The notes beneath the pieces are model-generated. The model was not told the DNA's origin. It searched no databases and was given only the letters and a program-made list of their open reading frames with translations. The position numbers were made by a program, and so were the translations under genes. Positions 28,485 through 37,140 of a stretch of 51,209 bases of DNA are shown here, one piece after another. Source of the DNA: a virus (Duplodnaviria; Caudoviricetes); IMG/VR virus record IMGVR_UViG_3300027743_000035, positions 1-51,209 of that record; one strand, 5' to 3'. Numbering within the stretch: position 1 is the first letter of the stretch; every line of letters starts with the position of its first letter.

Positions 28485-28733
28485 CTAGGTTGTCAGCCAA
28501 TATAGCGCCCAACCTGCCAAGCCGGTTATAACGCCAGCCATCACTAAGCATGGAACGCTAAAGAAATTAGGTTCTTTCCCGCTACCTTTACATCGCTTGC
28601 ACATTGGCCCTTGCGCGTAAGTAACCCTATTAGGTTGGGATTGCCATTTACTTCTAATCCACATGAAGCCACGGCCACTACACCGAAAGCACAAGTTATT
28701 GACCATTTCGTTTTTCCTTACCCCTTTAATCAT
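28485..28733 (-). CDS. Small CxxCxGxG zinc-finger protein with a C-terminal hydrophobic helix
   Basis: CFRCSGRG and CKRCKGSG; hydrophobic tail. Confidence 0.6.
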   Translation of the reverse strand: MIKGVRKNEMVNNLCFRCSGRGFMWIRSKWQSQPNRVTYAQGPMCKRCKGSGKEPNFFSVPCLVMAGVITGLAGWALYWLTT

Positions 28734-29251
28734 TAGGTAAGACTAACATTAATAGCCGGTATGTCAAGTGGCAATTTAAGATAGCGTGAGATTATTGCAC
28801 GAGCTTCAAGCCAGCCATACGCAATGTCAGCATCATATCTAACATAACGCGCATAGGTTTGAAACCTAAGTTGATCGTTTGTGGGCTGATTTTTGCCAAC
28901 CTTCAATTCAATATAAAGGCCAGCTTTCATTTCATTAACAATTGGCACTGGCAAGAATATGTCAAAGACGCCAGCCTTAACGCCTTCAGCTTTAGCAATA
29001 CCGCCACGGATTTTATCACCATGCCCCTGATTATGGATAGCGTGAAGCCACTCCAATTGAGGCACTTTAAATTCATATGGATTGTTTGAGGAAAAGTTTA
29101 ACGCCCATCCTTCAACCGTATAAGCCTCTTTACAGTTTGCAGTATAAAAGCCAAAATTGACACACATATTTGCCCACATGAATAGGGCCGCTTGGTGAGC
29201 GTGTTCTGCGCCGGTTTTATCTGCATAATCCCAAGGGTTAGGCGTTGGCAT
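28733..29251 (-). CDS. VRR-NUC family nuclease
   Basis: EHAHQ...HAIHNQG...GVKAGVFDIF...YIELKVG...Q; start reassigned to MPTPNP. Confidence 0.82.
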   Translation of the reverse strand: MPTPNPWDYADKTGAEHAHQAALFMWANMCVNFGFYTANCKEAYTVEGWALNFSSNNPYEFKVPQLEWLHAIHNQGHGDKIRGGIAKAEGVKAGVFDIFLPVPIVNEMKAGLYIELKVGKNQPTNDQLRFQTYARYVRYDADIAYGWLEARAIISRYLKLPLDIPAINVSLT

Positions 29252-29609
29252 TATTAGTCCTATCAAATAAGTCCCAACCGGCTTTAACCGTGTCAAGTTG
29301 ATTTATAATATTAATACCGTCTTTAATATCCCAATGGCTAGGACAAAAGATAGGTTCGGGTTGGCTAATAGGCCGGTTGCCCTTGTCAGGGGTTACTTCG
29401 CCTTTGCCTTCGCAATGATCGCACGTTGCCCGCTTAGGAGCGCCAGTAGGCCAGTTGCCTTTATCTCTTGGCGTCAGGTCTAACTCACAAGTGCCTAGGC
29501 ACTTAGGACATTCAACCATGCCTTCATTTATTGGCGCAAACTGTGAATTGCAACGCCAAGGTGAACGCCTAATTGAAGCTTGCGCTCTTAGTGTGTTTTC
29601 ACTTTCCAT
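29238..29609 (-). CDS. DnaJ-type zinc-finger protein
   Basis: CPKCLGTC and CDHCEGKG. Confidence 0.6.
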   Translation of the reverse strand: MESENTLRAQASIRRSPWRCNSQFAPINEGMVECPKCLGTCELDLTPRDKGNWPTGAPKRATCDHCEGKGEVTPDKGNRPISQPEPIFCPSHWDIKDGINIINQLDTVKAGWDLFDRTNNANA

Positions 29610-29610
29610 A

Positions 29611-29895
29611 TTAACGCCAGATCAAATATAAAATGAAGCCAAATGTTTGCCCCAAAATAAAGCCAAGTGCAAGCGTTATTTTCATCGCTTTAGGATAATG
29701 TCGCCAACTGTAGTAAAGTTGCCTATGTTCATCGCCAGGAAAACGATCAACTTGGGCAGCATCAATTAGTTGCTTAATTTCCTTTTCGTCAGGCTTACGG
29801 TGAATATAGAAACAACTCCCATTGCCAATCTTAAACGATTTAGCCCAAACCCCTACACGAATACCGCGATGCTCAAAGATACGAATTGCTACCAT
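29611..29895 (-). CDS. Hypothetical membrane protein
   Basis: Start reassigned to MVAIR after the AAGGGAACATCGGCA leader; C-terminal hydrophobic helix. Confidence 0.6.
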   Translation of the reverse strand: MVAIRIFEHRGIRVGVWAKSFKIGNGSCFYIHRKPDEKEIKQLIDAAQVDRFPGDEHRQLYYSWRHYPKAMKITLALGFILGQTFGFILYLIWR

Positions 29896-29908
29896 TGCCG
29901 ATGTTCCC

Positions 29909-30178
29909 TTATTGAACAGTATTTTCTTCTTCATTAACTTCAGCAATTTCAGTTAGCATATGCTCAAAGCCAATTTCAGAATTTTTGCTTATAATGTCGC
30001 CAACCTGCTCTTTAGTAAAGTGGTGGTCACAAGCGGTCAATGCGCCAAGGGAGCCAGTTACTACAGACATAACAGCTAGTGCTTCCCCTGAACACATTTT
30101 ATCTTGATAGGTAATCAAGAGGGCTTTTAGCTCGCTAATTAGCTCTAAATGCTTAGGTTCAAATTCCATTAATTGCAT
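29909..30178 (-). CDS. Hypothetical protein
   Basis: 89 aa; GAGG RBS. Confidence 0.65.
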   Translation of the reverse strand: MQLMEFEPKHLELISELKALLITYQDKMCSGEALAVMSVVTGSLGALTACDHHFTKEQVGDIISKNSEIGFEHMLTEIAEVNEEENTVQ

Positions 30179-30194
30179 TGCCGATGTTTCCTCA

Positions 30195-30467
30195 TTAAGC
30201 AGAGTTAGACCCTAGCAAGTTTTGAACGCGCTGTAAAGTGCCTGAAGCCATAATAACATTTGGCATAGCTTGACTGAATTTTATATCAACTGCGCCATGT
30301 TCGCCTTCAGCATATGCACAAACAATTAGACCTTGGGGGTTAAGTGTGCCATCATCAATTGCCCGTAGAATATCTACTAGACAATCTCGCGGCGACCAGT
30401 CAGACCCATTGCCAGACCTTTTAGCGCGTAGCTCACCAATCGAAACAGGTTGATTTTCATATAACAT
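30195..30467 (-). CDS. Hypothetical protein
   Basis: 90 aa; DWSPRDCL motif; AAGGAAG RBS. Confidence 0.65.
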   Translation of the reverse strand: MLYENQPVSIGELRAKRSGNGSDWSPRDCLVDILRAIDDGTLNPQGLIVCAYAEGEHGAVDIKFSQAMPNVIMASGTLQRVQNLLGSNSA

Positions 30468-30663
30468 CTTCCTTATCCTTATCTATTAAGCCAGTTAGTT
30501 GTTCGGCTTCTGCCACCGCTTCAGCGTATGTTTGGGGGCCAGAGGCATAACCAGTGTAGCGGTTATTATAGTAATACATAACAAACCACTCCAAAAAGAC
30601 CATGCGTAATCTATAGCCTGTGACTTCAAATTCTGTGCCATCACTCGCCTTTATTATTATCAT
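30457..30663 (-). CDS. Hypothetical protein
   Basis: 68-aa ORF in a tightly packed run of genes. Confidence 0.55.
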   Translation of the reverse strand: MIIIKASDGTEFEVTGYRLRMVFLEWFVMYYYNNRYTGYASGPQTYAEAVAEAEQLTGLIDKDKEDVI

Positions 30664-30825
30664 GGGTTTCGCTATCTATTGGAGTTGGCTCAACCTCAAC
30701 AGGTTTCCACCCGCGCATAAGGGAGCTAAGAGTTAGTGGCAAGGTGCAGTCAACGCCAGCCATTATACAGGCTTTACGAGCAACTACCCTATTTTTGAAC
30801 ATAAACCCGGCTCCTTCATGTAACC

Positions 30826-30854
30826 CTTTTAGTCACATGAAGCGCCAGTGTCAA
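30826..30854 (-). promoter_or_regulatory. sigma70-type promoter
   Basis: TTGACA-17-TAAAAG, upstream of an AAGGAG RBS. Confidence 0.5.
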
Positions 30855-30871
30855 GCAGTTTAATAACTTAC

Positions 30872-31024
30872 TTAAATGCCTTGTGGGCTAAATAATAGAA
30901 TTAGAGTAAGTAATAGCCCGACTGAACCAGCAATTAAGTTTGTGCGGTCAGTCCTGTAACTAGTTGCTATTACAACCACGAAACATACGGCTATTACTAT
31001 AACTAATACAGCCAAAACGTCCAT
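30872..31024 (-). CDS. 50-aa protein with two transmembrane segments (holin candidate)
   Basis: Translated by hand (below the ORF-track cut-off): MDVLAVLVIVIAVCFVVVIATSYRTDRTNLIAGSVGLLLTLILLFSPQGI; GGGGA RBS. Confidence 0.45.
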   Translation of the reverse strand: MDVLAVLVIVIAVCFVVVIATSYRTDRTNLIAGSVGLLLTLILLFSPQGI

Positions 31025-31026
31025 GA

Positions 31027-31284
31027 TTAATCCCCATCATATAATAGGACTACGCGGTTACAAAGGTCAACCATTTCTTCAACAGTTTGACCCGCTTCAT
31101 GGGCAACTCTTTCGCCATTTTTATTAAAAAGCCTAAGCTCTGCGTTAGCGCCTTTAGTTTGATGTTCAAACTCGCGCTTGCTTACGTTTTTATTATCGCT
31201 TTCGCTCATTGGGCCAAAGTCAACTTCTAACCTAAGACCTGACGCAAACAATAAGCTGAAGCCAAACTTTTCTTTAATAAACAT
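31027..31284 (-). CDS. Hypothetical protein
   Basis: 85 aa; GAAGGA RBS. Confidence 0.6.
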   Translation of the reverse strand: MFIKEKFGFSLLFASGLRLEVDFGPMSESDNKNVSKREFEHQTKGANAELRLFNKNGERVAHEAGQTVEEMVDLCNRVVLLYDGD

Positions 31285-31589
31285 GGCGCTTCCTTCGATC
31301 AGGCCGCAGCTTGGAGCCTCACCGGGTAGCTGTCAACCCGCCACGAACCATCAAGGTTCCGCCGCGCATAGTAATGGCTATAAGGGTTAAGCCCCTCATT
31401 AATGTAAGCCCTATACTCGGCTTCCGCCCTAGTCATTTCCGGCCTTTCCGCCTTTGTTTCCTAGCCATCTTAGCGGCTTTGCGGCGTTTGTCAATAACTT
31501 TAGCACTGACTTGACGATATTTATAAGGCACGGCTGGCATGGCTTCCTGATAGGCTCGCTCCAATTCTTGATTTACTATATAATTATCA

Positions 31590-32270
31590 TCATCCACCTA
31601 GGCGCTCCATTTCAGCGGCTATTTTAGTGTGGTAGCCACCTTCAGCATAATTGCTTCCATTATACCCGCTGGCGAACGGCCTACAATCGTCAGGGTCAGT
31701 GCTGATCTGGCGTAGCTCTGGCAACAGACCGGCTAGGCGAATGTAACCGACTAACAGATAGTAATGGTGATACTCACTCTTAGTTGTTGAGAAAGCCATT
31801 TCAAGAGCCGAAGTAAAACCCATGTGAGGATACCAAAAACCCATGATCTGAAACTTGCCCCAACTAGCCGACTTAAAAGCCGGGTCTATCTCGCCAGTGC
31901 AAATAGCGTTAGTAAGTTTATCCCAACTATCTTCATTATAACCGCCAGCAGAAGAATTAGAATAGGAAGTAGTGCTAAACTCGCCACCAGTAATTTGATG
32001 GAATTTGTGACGTTCAAAAAGTATTTTAGGCCGACCATTACTATCGTAACCGCTACCGCTACTTTCCACGTTAGCAACAGATACAAGTTGTTCATAAGAG
32101 CAATCAGCCATATCAGCCAGAGAACGGAGTTGTTCTTCAGTTACGCCTTTAGCATCTTTGTTTACAAATACTTCTTTAGTTGCATCGCGGGTAGCTGGCC
32201 CACAAGCGCCATCGCTAATTATATCGGCATTATTATATATTAGCCAATCTTGGTAGTCGGACATAAACAT
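31590..32270 (-). CDS. Endolysin, N-acetylmuramidase (DUF3380-type) with a short PG-binding-like N-terminus
   Basis: VESSGSG...PKILFERHKF...SASWGKFQIMG...FASGYNG; N-terminal DGACGPAT. Confidence 0.9.
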   Translation of the reverse strand: MFMSDYQDWLIYNNADIISDGACGPATRDATKEVFVNKDAKGVTEEQLRSLADMADCSYEQLVSVANVESSGSGYDSNGRPKILFERHKFHQITGGEFSTTSYSNSSAGGYNEDSWDKLTNAICTGEIDPAFKSASWGKFQIMGFWYPHMGFTSALEMAFSTTKSEYHHYYLLVGYIRLAGLLPELRQISTDPDDCRPFASGYNGSNYAEGGYHTKIAAEMERLGG

Positions 32271-32288
32271 ATTAAATACCTTTGATAT

Positions 32289-32322
32289 AAAAAAAGGGGG
32301 CAGCACTTCCTATGCTACCCCC
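32289..32322 (-). terminator. Rho-independent terminator closing the secreted-protein operon
   Basis: GGGGGTAGCA-7 nt-TGCTGCCCCC followed by T7. Confidence 0.85.
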
Positions 32323-32347
32323 TTCCCCTTCATTCAGCGCGTGTCGC

Positions 32348-32740
32348 TTACGGCTGGACGAAAAGCCAAACCCCAACAAGCTGATTGCTGGCACTGGACG
32401 AGCCAATACCAAGCGTTCCGTTGCTGTTCTGCGAGCCAGCAAGGCCAAGGCTAAACGTGCTACCCTGTTGCGTGGTCGAAGAAACGTGCTGCGACTGCGA
32501 GCCTTGATCGTTGCCCGACATAATGCTTTCGGACAGGCCAGCAGAAGCCGCGCCACCGCTCGACTGTTGAGCAGTCACGCCAAACAGAGCCGATGCAGAC
32601 GAACCCTGCGAGCCAGAAATGGCCGTAGAGTTAGACTGCGATTGACCTGCGCCAAACGCAACGCCAAAGTCAACAGCCATCGCCGGGGTAGCAAAAGCAA
32701 CCGAAGCGAGCAAGCCAGCAAGTGCAAAGATTTTCTTCAT
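32348..32740 (-). CDS. Secreted Ser/Gly/Gln-rich protein (putative fibre/amyloid subunit)
   Basis: Sec signal MKKIFALAGLLASVAFATPAMA; 108-aa mature chain with no K, R or C; GAAGGA RBS. The CDS is well supported; the function is inferred. Confidence 0.7.
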   Translation of the reverse strand: MKKIFALAGLLASVAFATPAMAVDFGVAFGAGQSQSNSTAISGSQGSSASALFGVTAQQSSGGAASAGLSESIMSGNDQGSQSQHVSSTTQQGSTFSLGLAGSQNSNGTLGIGSSSASNQLVGVWLFVQP

Positions 32741-32760
32741 TCCCATTTCCTTCATCAATT

Positions 32761-32908
32761 ACCGGACAACTTAATTTAATAGGGTGTCCGGTTCCCCCTA
32801 TCCCTAATAGGTGGAGCTTGGCGTTGGCCGACGCGGGGTGTTGCGCCTTACGCCAAGCTCCGACGATAGAAAGCCACAAGTTGTAGCGTGTGGACAGGCT
32901 TCTATCGT
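32761..32908 (-). other. Structured intercistronic RNA element (four adjacent hairpins)
   Basis: Stems ACCGGACA/TGTCCGGT, CCTAT/ATAGG, GGAGCTTGGCGT/ACGCCAAGCTCC and ACGATAGAA/TTCTATCGT. Confidence 0.7.
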
Positions 32909-32920
32909 TTAGCTGTTACT

Positions 32921-33841
32921 TTATCGCGGGGAGCTAGCGATTACTGCAACAGTTTTGTTTTCCGCACTTTGTTGAGAAATTACCACAGAGGCCGCTTCTG
33001 GCGTAATTTTATTATTATAGGCCACTTTTGGTTGCGGAGTTTGACCGGGAGCCGGTTGAGCCGGTGAAGCTAGATGTTGAGAGCCATTTGAGCCAAGCAA
33101 TAGCAGCTTGTCACAAGCATCAGCCGTTGACTTGCCAGCATCAGGCCCGCCACTATCACTAGTGCAAATGCTCCAAATCATCATGGACATTAGTTTGCCA
33201 GACAATTCAGGTTGGTGCATATTAAGAGCATTAACTGCCGCCATGCCAAACTTTTCAGCGCGGCGTAGTGACTGACAGGATTTATCAAACTTAACCCCTG
33301 CACCGCCAACTGAAATACCTAGTGGGGCAGCAGAAACCCCGCCAGAAACAGTGCCGCCACAATAGTCAGAGCTAAAGCTAGAGCTAGCCGCAAGCGGAAC
33401 GGCATTGTTCGTCCTAATCTCAGTCTGGCGACGGTTACGGGTATTCCAAGTTTGGTTTACCGTAACGCCCTGTTGATTAGCTTGGTTAGCATCAAGGTTC
33501 TGCGATTGATCTTGGCCTTGCATCTGACCTTGATCTTGCCCTTGCTCATTACTTGACGTTTGAGCTTGGCCTTGTGTGTTACCGTTAGAATTGCTAGTGC
33601 TTTCGCTGGCAGAGCCAGAAATTGCGCCAGAGCTAGACTGACTAGTATTCTCGTTATTGCTAACGCCAATACCAGCATTATTGTTAGAGGCGTTATTGTC
33701 AGAGCTTGCACCGCTGACAGAGCCAGAGTTAGCGCCAGCGTTTGAAGCTGACTGGCTAGCCAAGTCATTGACGTTAATGTTTTGAGCATTAACCGACGCT
33801 GCACCACATAGAAGTAGCGCGAAAATAACCTTCTTATTCAT
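32921..33841 (-). CDS. Secreted protein with an N-terminal S/N/Q/G low-complexity region and a 4-Cys C-terminal domain
   Basis: Sec signal MNKKVIFALLLCGAASVNA; QGQDQGQMQGQDQSQ; CGGTVSGGVS...GISVG...DKSC. Confidence 0.75.
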   Translation of the reverse strand: MNKKVIFALLLCGAASVNAQNINVNDLASQSASNAGANSGSVSGASSDNNASNNNAGIGVSNNENTSQSSSGAISGSASESTSNSNGNTQGQAQTSSNEQGQDQGQMQGQDQSQNLDANQANQQGVTVNQTWNTRNRRQTEIRTNNAVPLAASSSFSSDYCGGTVSGGVSAAPLGISVGGAGVKFDKSCQSLRRAEKFGMAAVNALNMHQPELSGKLMSMMIWSICTSDSGGPDAGKSTADACDKLLLLGSNGSQHLASPAQPAPGQTPQPKVAYNNKITPEAASVVISQQSAENKTVAVIASSPR

Positions 33842-33868
33842 TGCTTTACCCCCAAATCAGGAACACAC

Positions 33869-33896
33869 ACGATACGCCTTTCCGTGGCGCTGTCAA
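33869..33896 (-). promoter_or_regulatory. sigma70-type promoter of the secreted-protein operon
   Basis: TTGACA-16-TATCGT. Confidence 0.55.
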
Positions 33897-33912
33897 TAGG
33901 CTTGTTTGATGT

Positions 33913-34131
33913 TTAAATTCGCGGCTTTTCCGTTTCTATTTTATTTGGCCTAACCCAAGTTAATTCCTCAACCAAGGCTGGCGCATAGACAACATCATTT
34001 CCTGTTCTTTTCCTAAATGCCCACAGTGAGCCATCCCCTAACTTGATAAGGTTAGGCGGCTCGCCCCATACTAATTTCATTTCCCCTTCACAACCTTCAA
34101 AGGTCACATTATATCTTTTTGGGTCTGTCAT
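33913..34131 (-). CDS. Hypothetical protein
   Basis: 72-aa ORF co-oriented with its neighbours. Confidence 0.5.
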   Translation of the reverse strand: MTDPKRYNVTFEGCEGEMKLVWGEPPNLIKLGDGSLWAFRKRTGNDVVYAPALVEELTWVRPNKIETEKPRI

Positions 34132-34306
34132 TTCACAGGTGCCTTATACTGGCCGATTATAACTTTAATCATGCCGCCAAAACTATCAGTTATATAAAAA
34201 ACCGCGCCTTCATCCATAAGCATTGGCACAGTAACTTCCGCCACTCCAACTTTCGTTCCCATGTGGTGCCGACAAGCATTGGCGACATTTAAAGGATTAA
34301 TAACCA

Positions 34307-35170
34307 TTATGGCTTCACCTTATAGTCTGGCATTGGACAAATCCCCAATCTTGGGTCGCCGCGCCAGTGAGCTTTGACCAAAGTTGTTCCGCCCTTTTGA
34401 AAGTGGCGTAAATGGGAACGGACGAAATGAAAGGCTTTATGAAAGGCTGGCCCGTTTGGATTATGCCCTGAATATTTAGGCGGCGGGGCAGTCTTATTAA
34501 GTGTAATATAATGGTGCGGCTTTAATTCAAAGCCAAGCCCCCGCGCCTGTCTAGCGTGAGCTTTGTGGACAGGTTGAGCTTCGGTTTTAATTCCATATGG
34601 AGCATTTATAATTAAAATCATCGCAACAACGTGCGCCCCAATATATCCGGCAACTTTAGCCAAGTGTTCGTCGCTGTCATTCTCGCTCTTATAACAACAA
34701 ATCCGGCACGTTTCATCATCATACATTTCAACGTGGGAAGTCATTACAACCGTGGCGTCTAGGTCTGACATAATATCAATATGTAATTTTTGGCTATCTT
34801 CATCATATGAAACCATCGCGCCCATGCGATATTTCTTTGGCCGTTCATTTATAGTAACAATCAATACATCTTTCATTATATCAAAGTCAACATCTGGCTC
34901 GTCAGAAGTATTTTCCTGCTGCCATTCAAACCAAGTATATTGGCTAGGCGGCACAAGCAATCCGCCATGCCCCACAACCGGCCTACCATCATGGGCTTTT
35001 ATGGTTGAGCCGTTAAGCGTTTCAATGGTCTGGCCTACCAAATCCATAACCGCTGTCATTTCAAAACAAACCGTTTCCTGCATCTGGATAACGGCTTTAT
35101 CTCTTAACTCTTTGCTCTTTGGCTTAATCGTAACAGCCCGTTCAAAGATACTTCTCAAAAATGGTGTCAT
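34307..35170 (-). CDS. Hypothetical protein with a C-terminal His/Arg motif
   Basis: HFVRSHLRH...VKAHWRGDP; own promoter and AGGAAGG RBS. Confidence 0.8.
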   Translation of the reverse strand: MTPFLRSIFERAVTIKPKSKELRDKAVIQMQETVCFEMTAVMDLVGQTIETLNGSTIKAHDGRPVVGHGGLLVPPSQYTWFEWQQENTSDEPDVDFDIMKDVLIVTINERPKKYRMGAMVSYDEDSQKLHIDIMSDLDATVVMTSHVEMYDDETCRICCYKSENDSDEHLAKVAGYIGAHVVAMILIINAPYGIKTEAQPVHKAHARQARGLGFELKPHHYITLNKTAPPPKYSGHNPNGPAFHKAFHFVRSHLRHFQKGGTTLVKAHWRGDPRLGICPMPDYKVKP

Positions 35171-35195
35171 TGCCGATGTTCCTTCCTAATAAGAA

Positions 35196-35224
35196 ACACT
35201 AGCAAAGTTGGCGTAGGGTGTCAA
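35196..35224 (-). promoter_or_regulatory. sigma70-type promoter
   Basis: TTGACA-17-TAGTGT. Confidence 0.7.
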
Positions 35225-35344
35225 CAAGTAATTTAAGGTCAGCTTTAAATTTATCGTGGTTTTTATTATAAACATCATCAACAGTATGACCTTCGGCTAC
35301 CCATTCAACTCTCTGGCAAGCCGCCCATAATTTAGGGTCTTTAA

Positions 35345-35647
35345 TCATTCCCGCTTTCCTTCAGCCAGAGCTTCACTAACTCTACCAGTGTTTGTATTAA
35401 ATTTAGTGGCTACTTCCTGAAGGTGAATATCTGGATTAGCAAAAGCATAATCTACAATATCCTGTTTTTCCGCATCTGTCAAAGGCGGGTGCTTAACTGG
35501 CGCTTTGCGTCTAGTCGGGCTTTCCCTGATAGTTTCCTGTGCCAAATCGTGAATTTGATCGGCAATACTATCCAACCCATGAAACCTAATTTCAGCGGCT
35601 ATATTATGTAATTCTGTTCTAATCTCTGGAATGGTGCGTTTAGTCAT
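35345..35647 (-). CDS. Putative HTH DNA-binding protein
   Basis: C-terminal LQEVATKFNTNTGRVSEAL. Confidence 0.6.
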   Translation of the reverse strand: MTKRTIPEIRTELHNIAAEIRFHGLDSIADQIHDLAQETIRESPTRRKAPVKHPPLTDAEKQDIVDYAFANPDIHLQEVATKFNTNTGRVSEALAEGKRE

Positions 35648-35852
35648 TGTTAAACCTATTCCCCGTATCGGCATTAAAGAAAAAATCTAATTCAACTATG
35701 GCTTCAAGCTTAGTCCCATGCACAGAAAATATGCCCACAGGATTATCGGCACCTGAAAAGATTTCTAATTCAGACATTTCTTCTGGCGTCAAGCGTCTAA
35801 TTTTGAGGCCGCGTATTTTCTCTAAGCTAGAGAAATTTTTTCTGATATACAT
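35640..35852 (-). CDS. Hypothetical protein
   Basis: 70 aa; AGGA RBS; overlaps the next gene. Confidence 0.55.
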   Translation of the reverse strand: MYIRKNFSSLEKIRGLKIRRLTPEEMSELEIFSGADNPVGIFSVHGTKLEAIVELDFFFNADTGNRFNND

Positions 35853-36164
35853 TATACTATCCTAATTGGAGTATTCATAGCAGCTTTAAGTTTGGCGTCA
35901 GCATCCGGCGTATAAGGGTTAACAAATCCCTTTGGCTTTTCCGGCGTTCCACAAAAACGACAAACTAACTGACCATCCCTCTTGACAAGCTCACATTGTT
36001 CGCATTGGCGTTTCATGTTATCATTTCCACCAAAGCTGAATATATTTCAAACAAACCAGTATCACGGCTTTTATAATAATTGGCTGTTTCTCTCAATTTC
36101 TCTCTGGCAACCCTCTTATCGTCACCATCGCAACGCAATAGAGCTAATTCCAGTGGGGTTTTAG

Positions 36165-36425
36165 TCACCGTTGTTCACTCCTATATGGCCTTCTAAGTGG
36201 AAAGCGTTTGTTAAAGAAAAACCTGATAGCTCGGCTGGCTTCTTCATCCAACAGAACAGATACATTTCTAACTATCTCACCATCTATAATTTCTGTGATA
36301 GAAATAAGGGCTTCATCATATTTATTGACCGCAATATTAATCTTATCACCATCATGGTCAATATATTCAAAAATGTCAGGGCTACCTGTCCTGACTTGCC
36401 CCTTTTTCACCTTGGGCGCTTTCAT
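36165..36425 (-). CDS. Hypothetical protein (possible paralogue of the upstream neighbour)
   Basis: YIDHDGDKINI versus HIDGDGDTFGI in 36422-36712. Confidence 0.65.
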   Translation of the reverse strand: MKAPKVKKGQVRTGSPDIFEYIDHDGDKINIAVNKYDEALISITEIIDGEIVRNVSVLLDEEASRAIRFFFNKRFPLRRPYRSEQR

Positions 36426-36712
36426 TCCGGCTCCCCTGTAAAGATCAGGATAGGTGGGCGTCGGGTTTCAGATGGTTCAATCTCCATGCTCCCAATATTC
36501 TCGTATGGCTCAACTGGCAATGGCTTATAGTTATAATTAAGCAAGTCCCTAAGCTGTCTGGCAACATAATTAGGCAGATGCACACTTTCATCATTGACCA
36601 TAATAACTACGTCACCCGTCCTAGGGAACATCTGTATTCCAAACGTATCACCATCCCCGTCAATGTGGGTAGCTTGCGTCTGTGTCGCATTAGATTGAAG
36701 ATTTCGTGGCAT
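36422..36712 (-). CDS. Hypothetical protein
   Basis: 96 aa; AGGGAG RBS; promoter upstream. Confidence 0.65.
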   Translation of the reverse strand: MPRNLQSNATQTQATHIDGDGDTFGIQMFPRTGDVVIMVNDESVHLPNYVARQLRDLLNYNYKPLPVEPYENIGSMEIEPSETRRPPILIFTGEPE

Positions 36713-36747
36713 TTAATCTGGCTCCCTTGGCTCGCTCAACTAGGATA

Positions 36748-36775
36748 AATTTAGCACCGCCCCAAAAAATGTCAA
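36748..36775 (-). promoter_or_regulatory. sigma70-type promoter
   Basis: TTGACA-16-TAAATT with an AT-rich upstream region. Confidence 0.65.
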
Positions 36776-37088
36776 GCCCCCCTATTAAATAAATCAAATA
36801 AAAATATTGGCTGTATTGTATGAAAAATGCCACCCCAAAAAATATGGCGCTCGGCTTTGATTAACCCGAATGGACGCCGACCCACCCCTATTGGGGGTTA
36901 AACGCTAACGTCAATGCTGGCTATCAATAACAACGATCAACTAACTCAATTACTAACATTGATTAGTAATGAATATCATTGAATATTTATATTGGCTTTA
37001 TATAGCAACACACATCATGGTGCATATGTTGATATATATTATAAATGATATATGGGCGTATTTATATTATAAATACATCACACATACG

Positions 37089-37117
37089 AAAAAGGGCTGG
37101 CTCACGCCAACCCTTTC
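37089..37117 (-). terminator. Rho-independent terminator
   Basis: AAAGGGTTGGC-loop-GCCAGCCCTTTTT. Confidence 0.7.
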
Positions 37118-37140
37118 CCTTACTGTATTAGTTGGCTAGA

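Noticed and set aside
32761-32908. Known c-di-GMP, SAM or cobalamin riboswitch
   Set aside because: I could not match the conserved cores of these families by eye; kept as an unclassified structured RNA.
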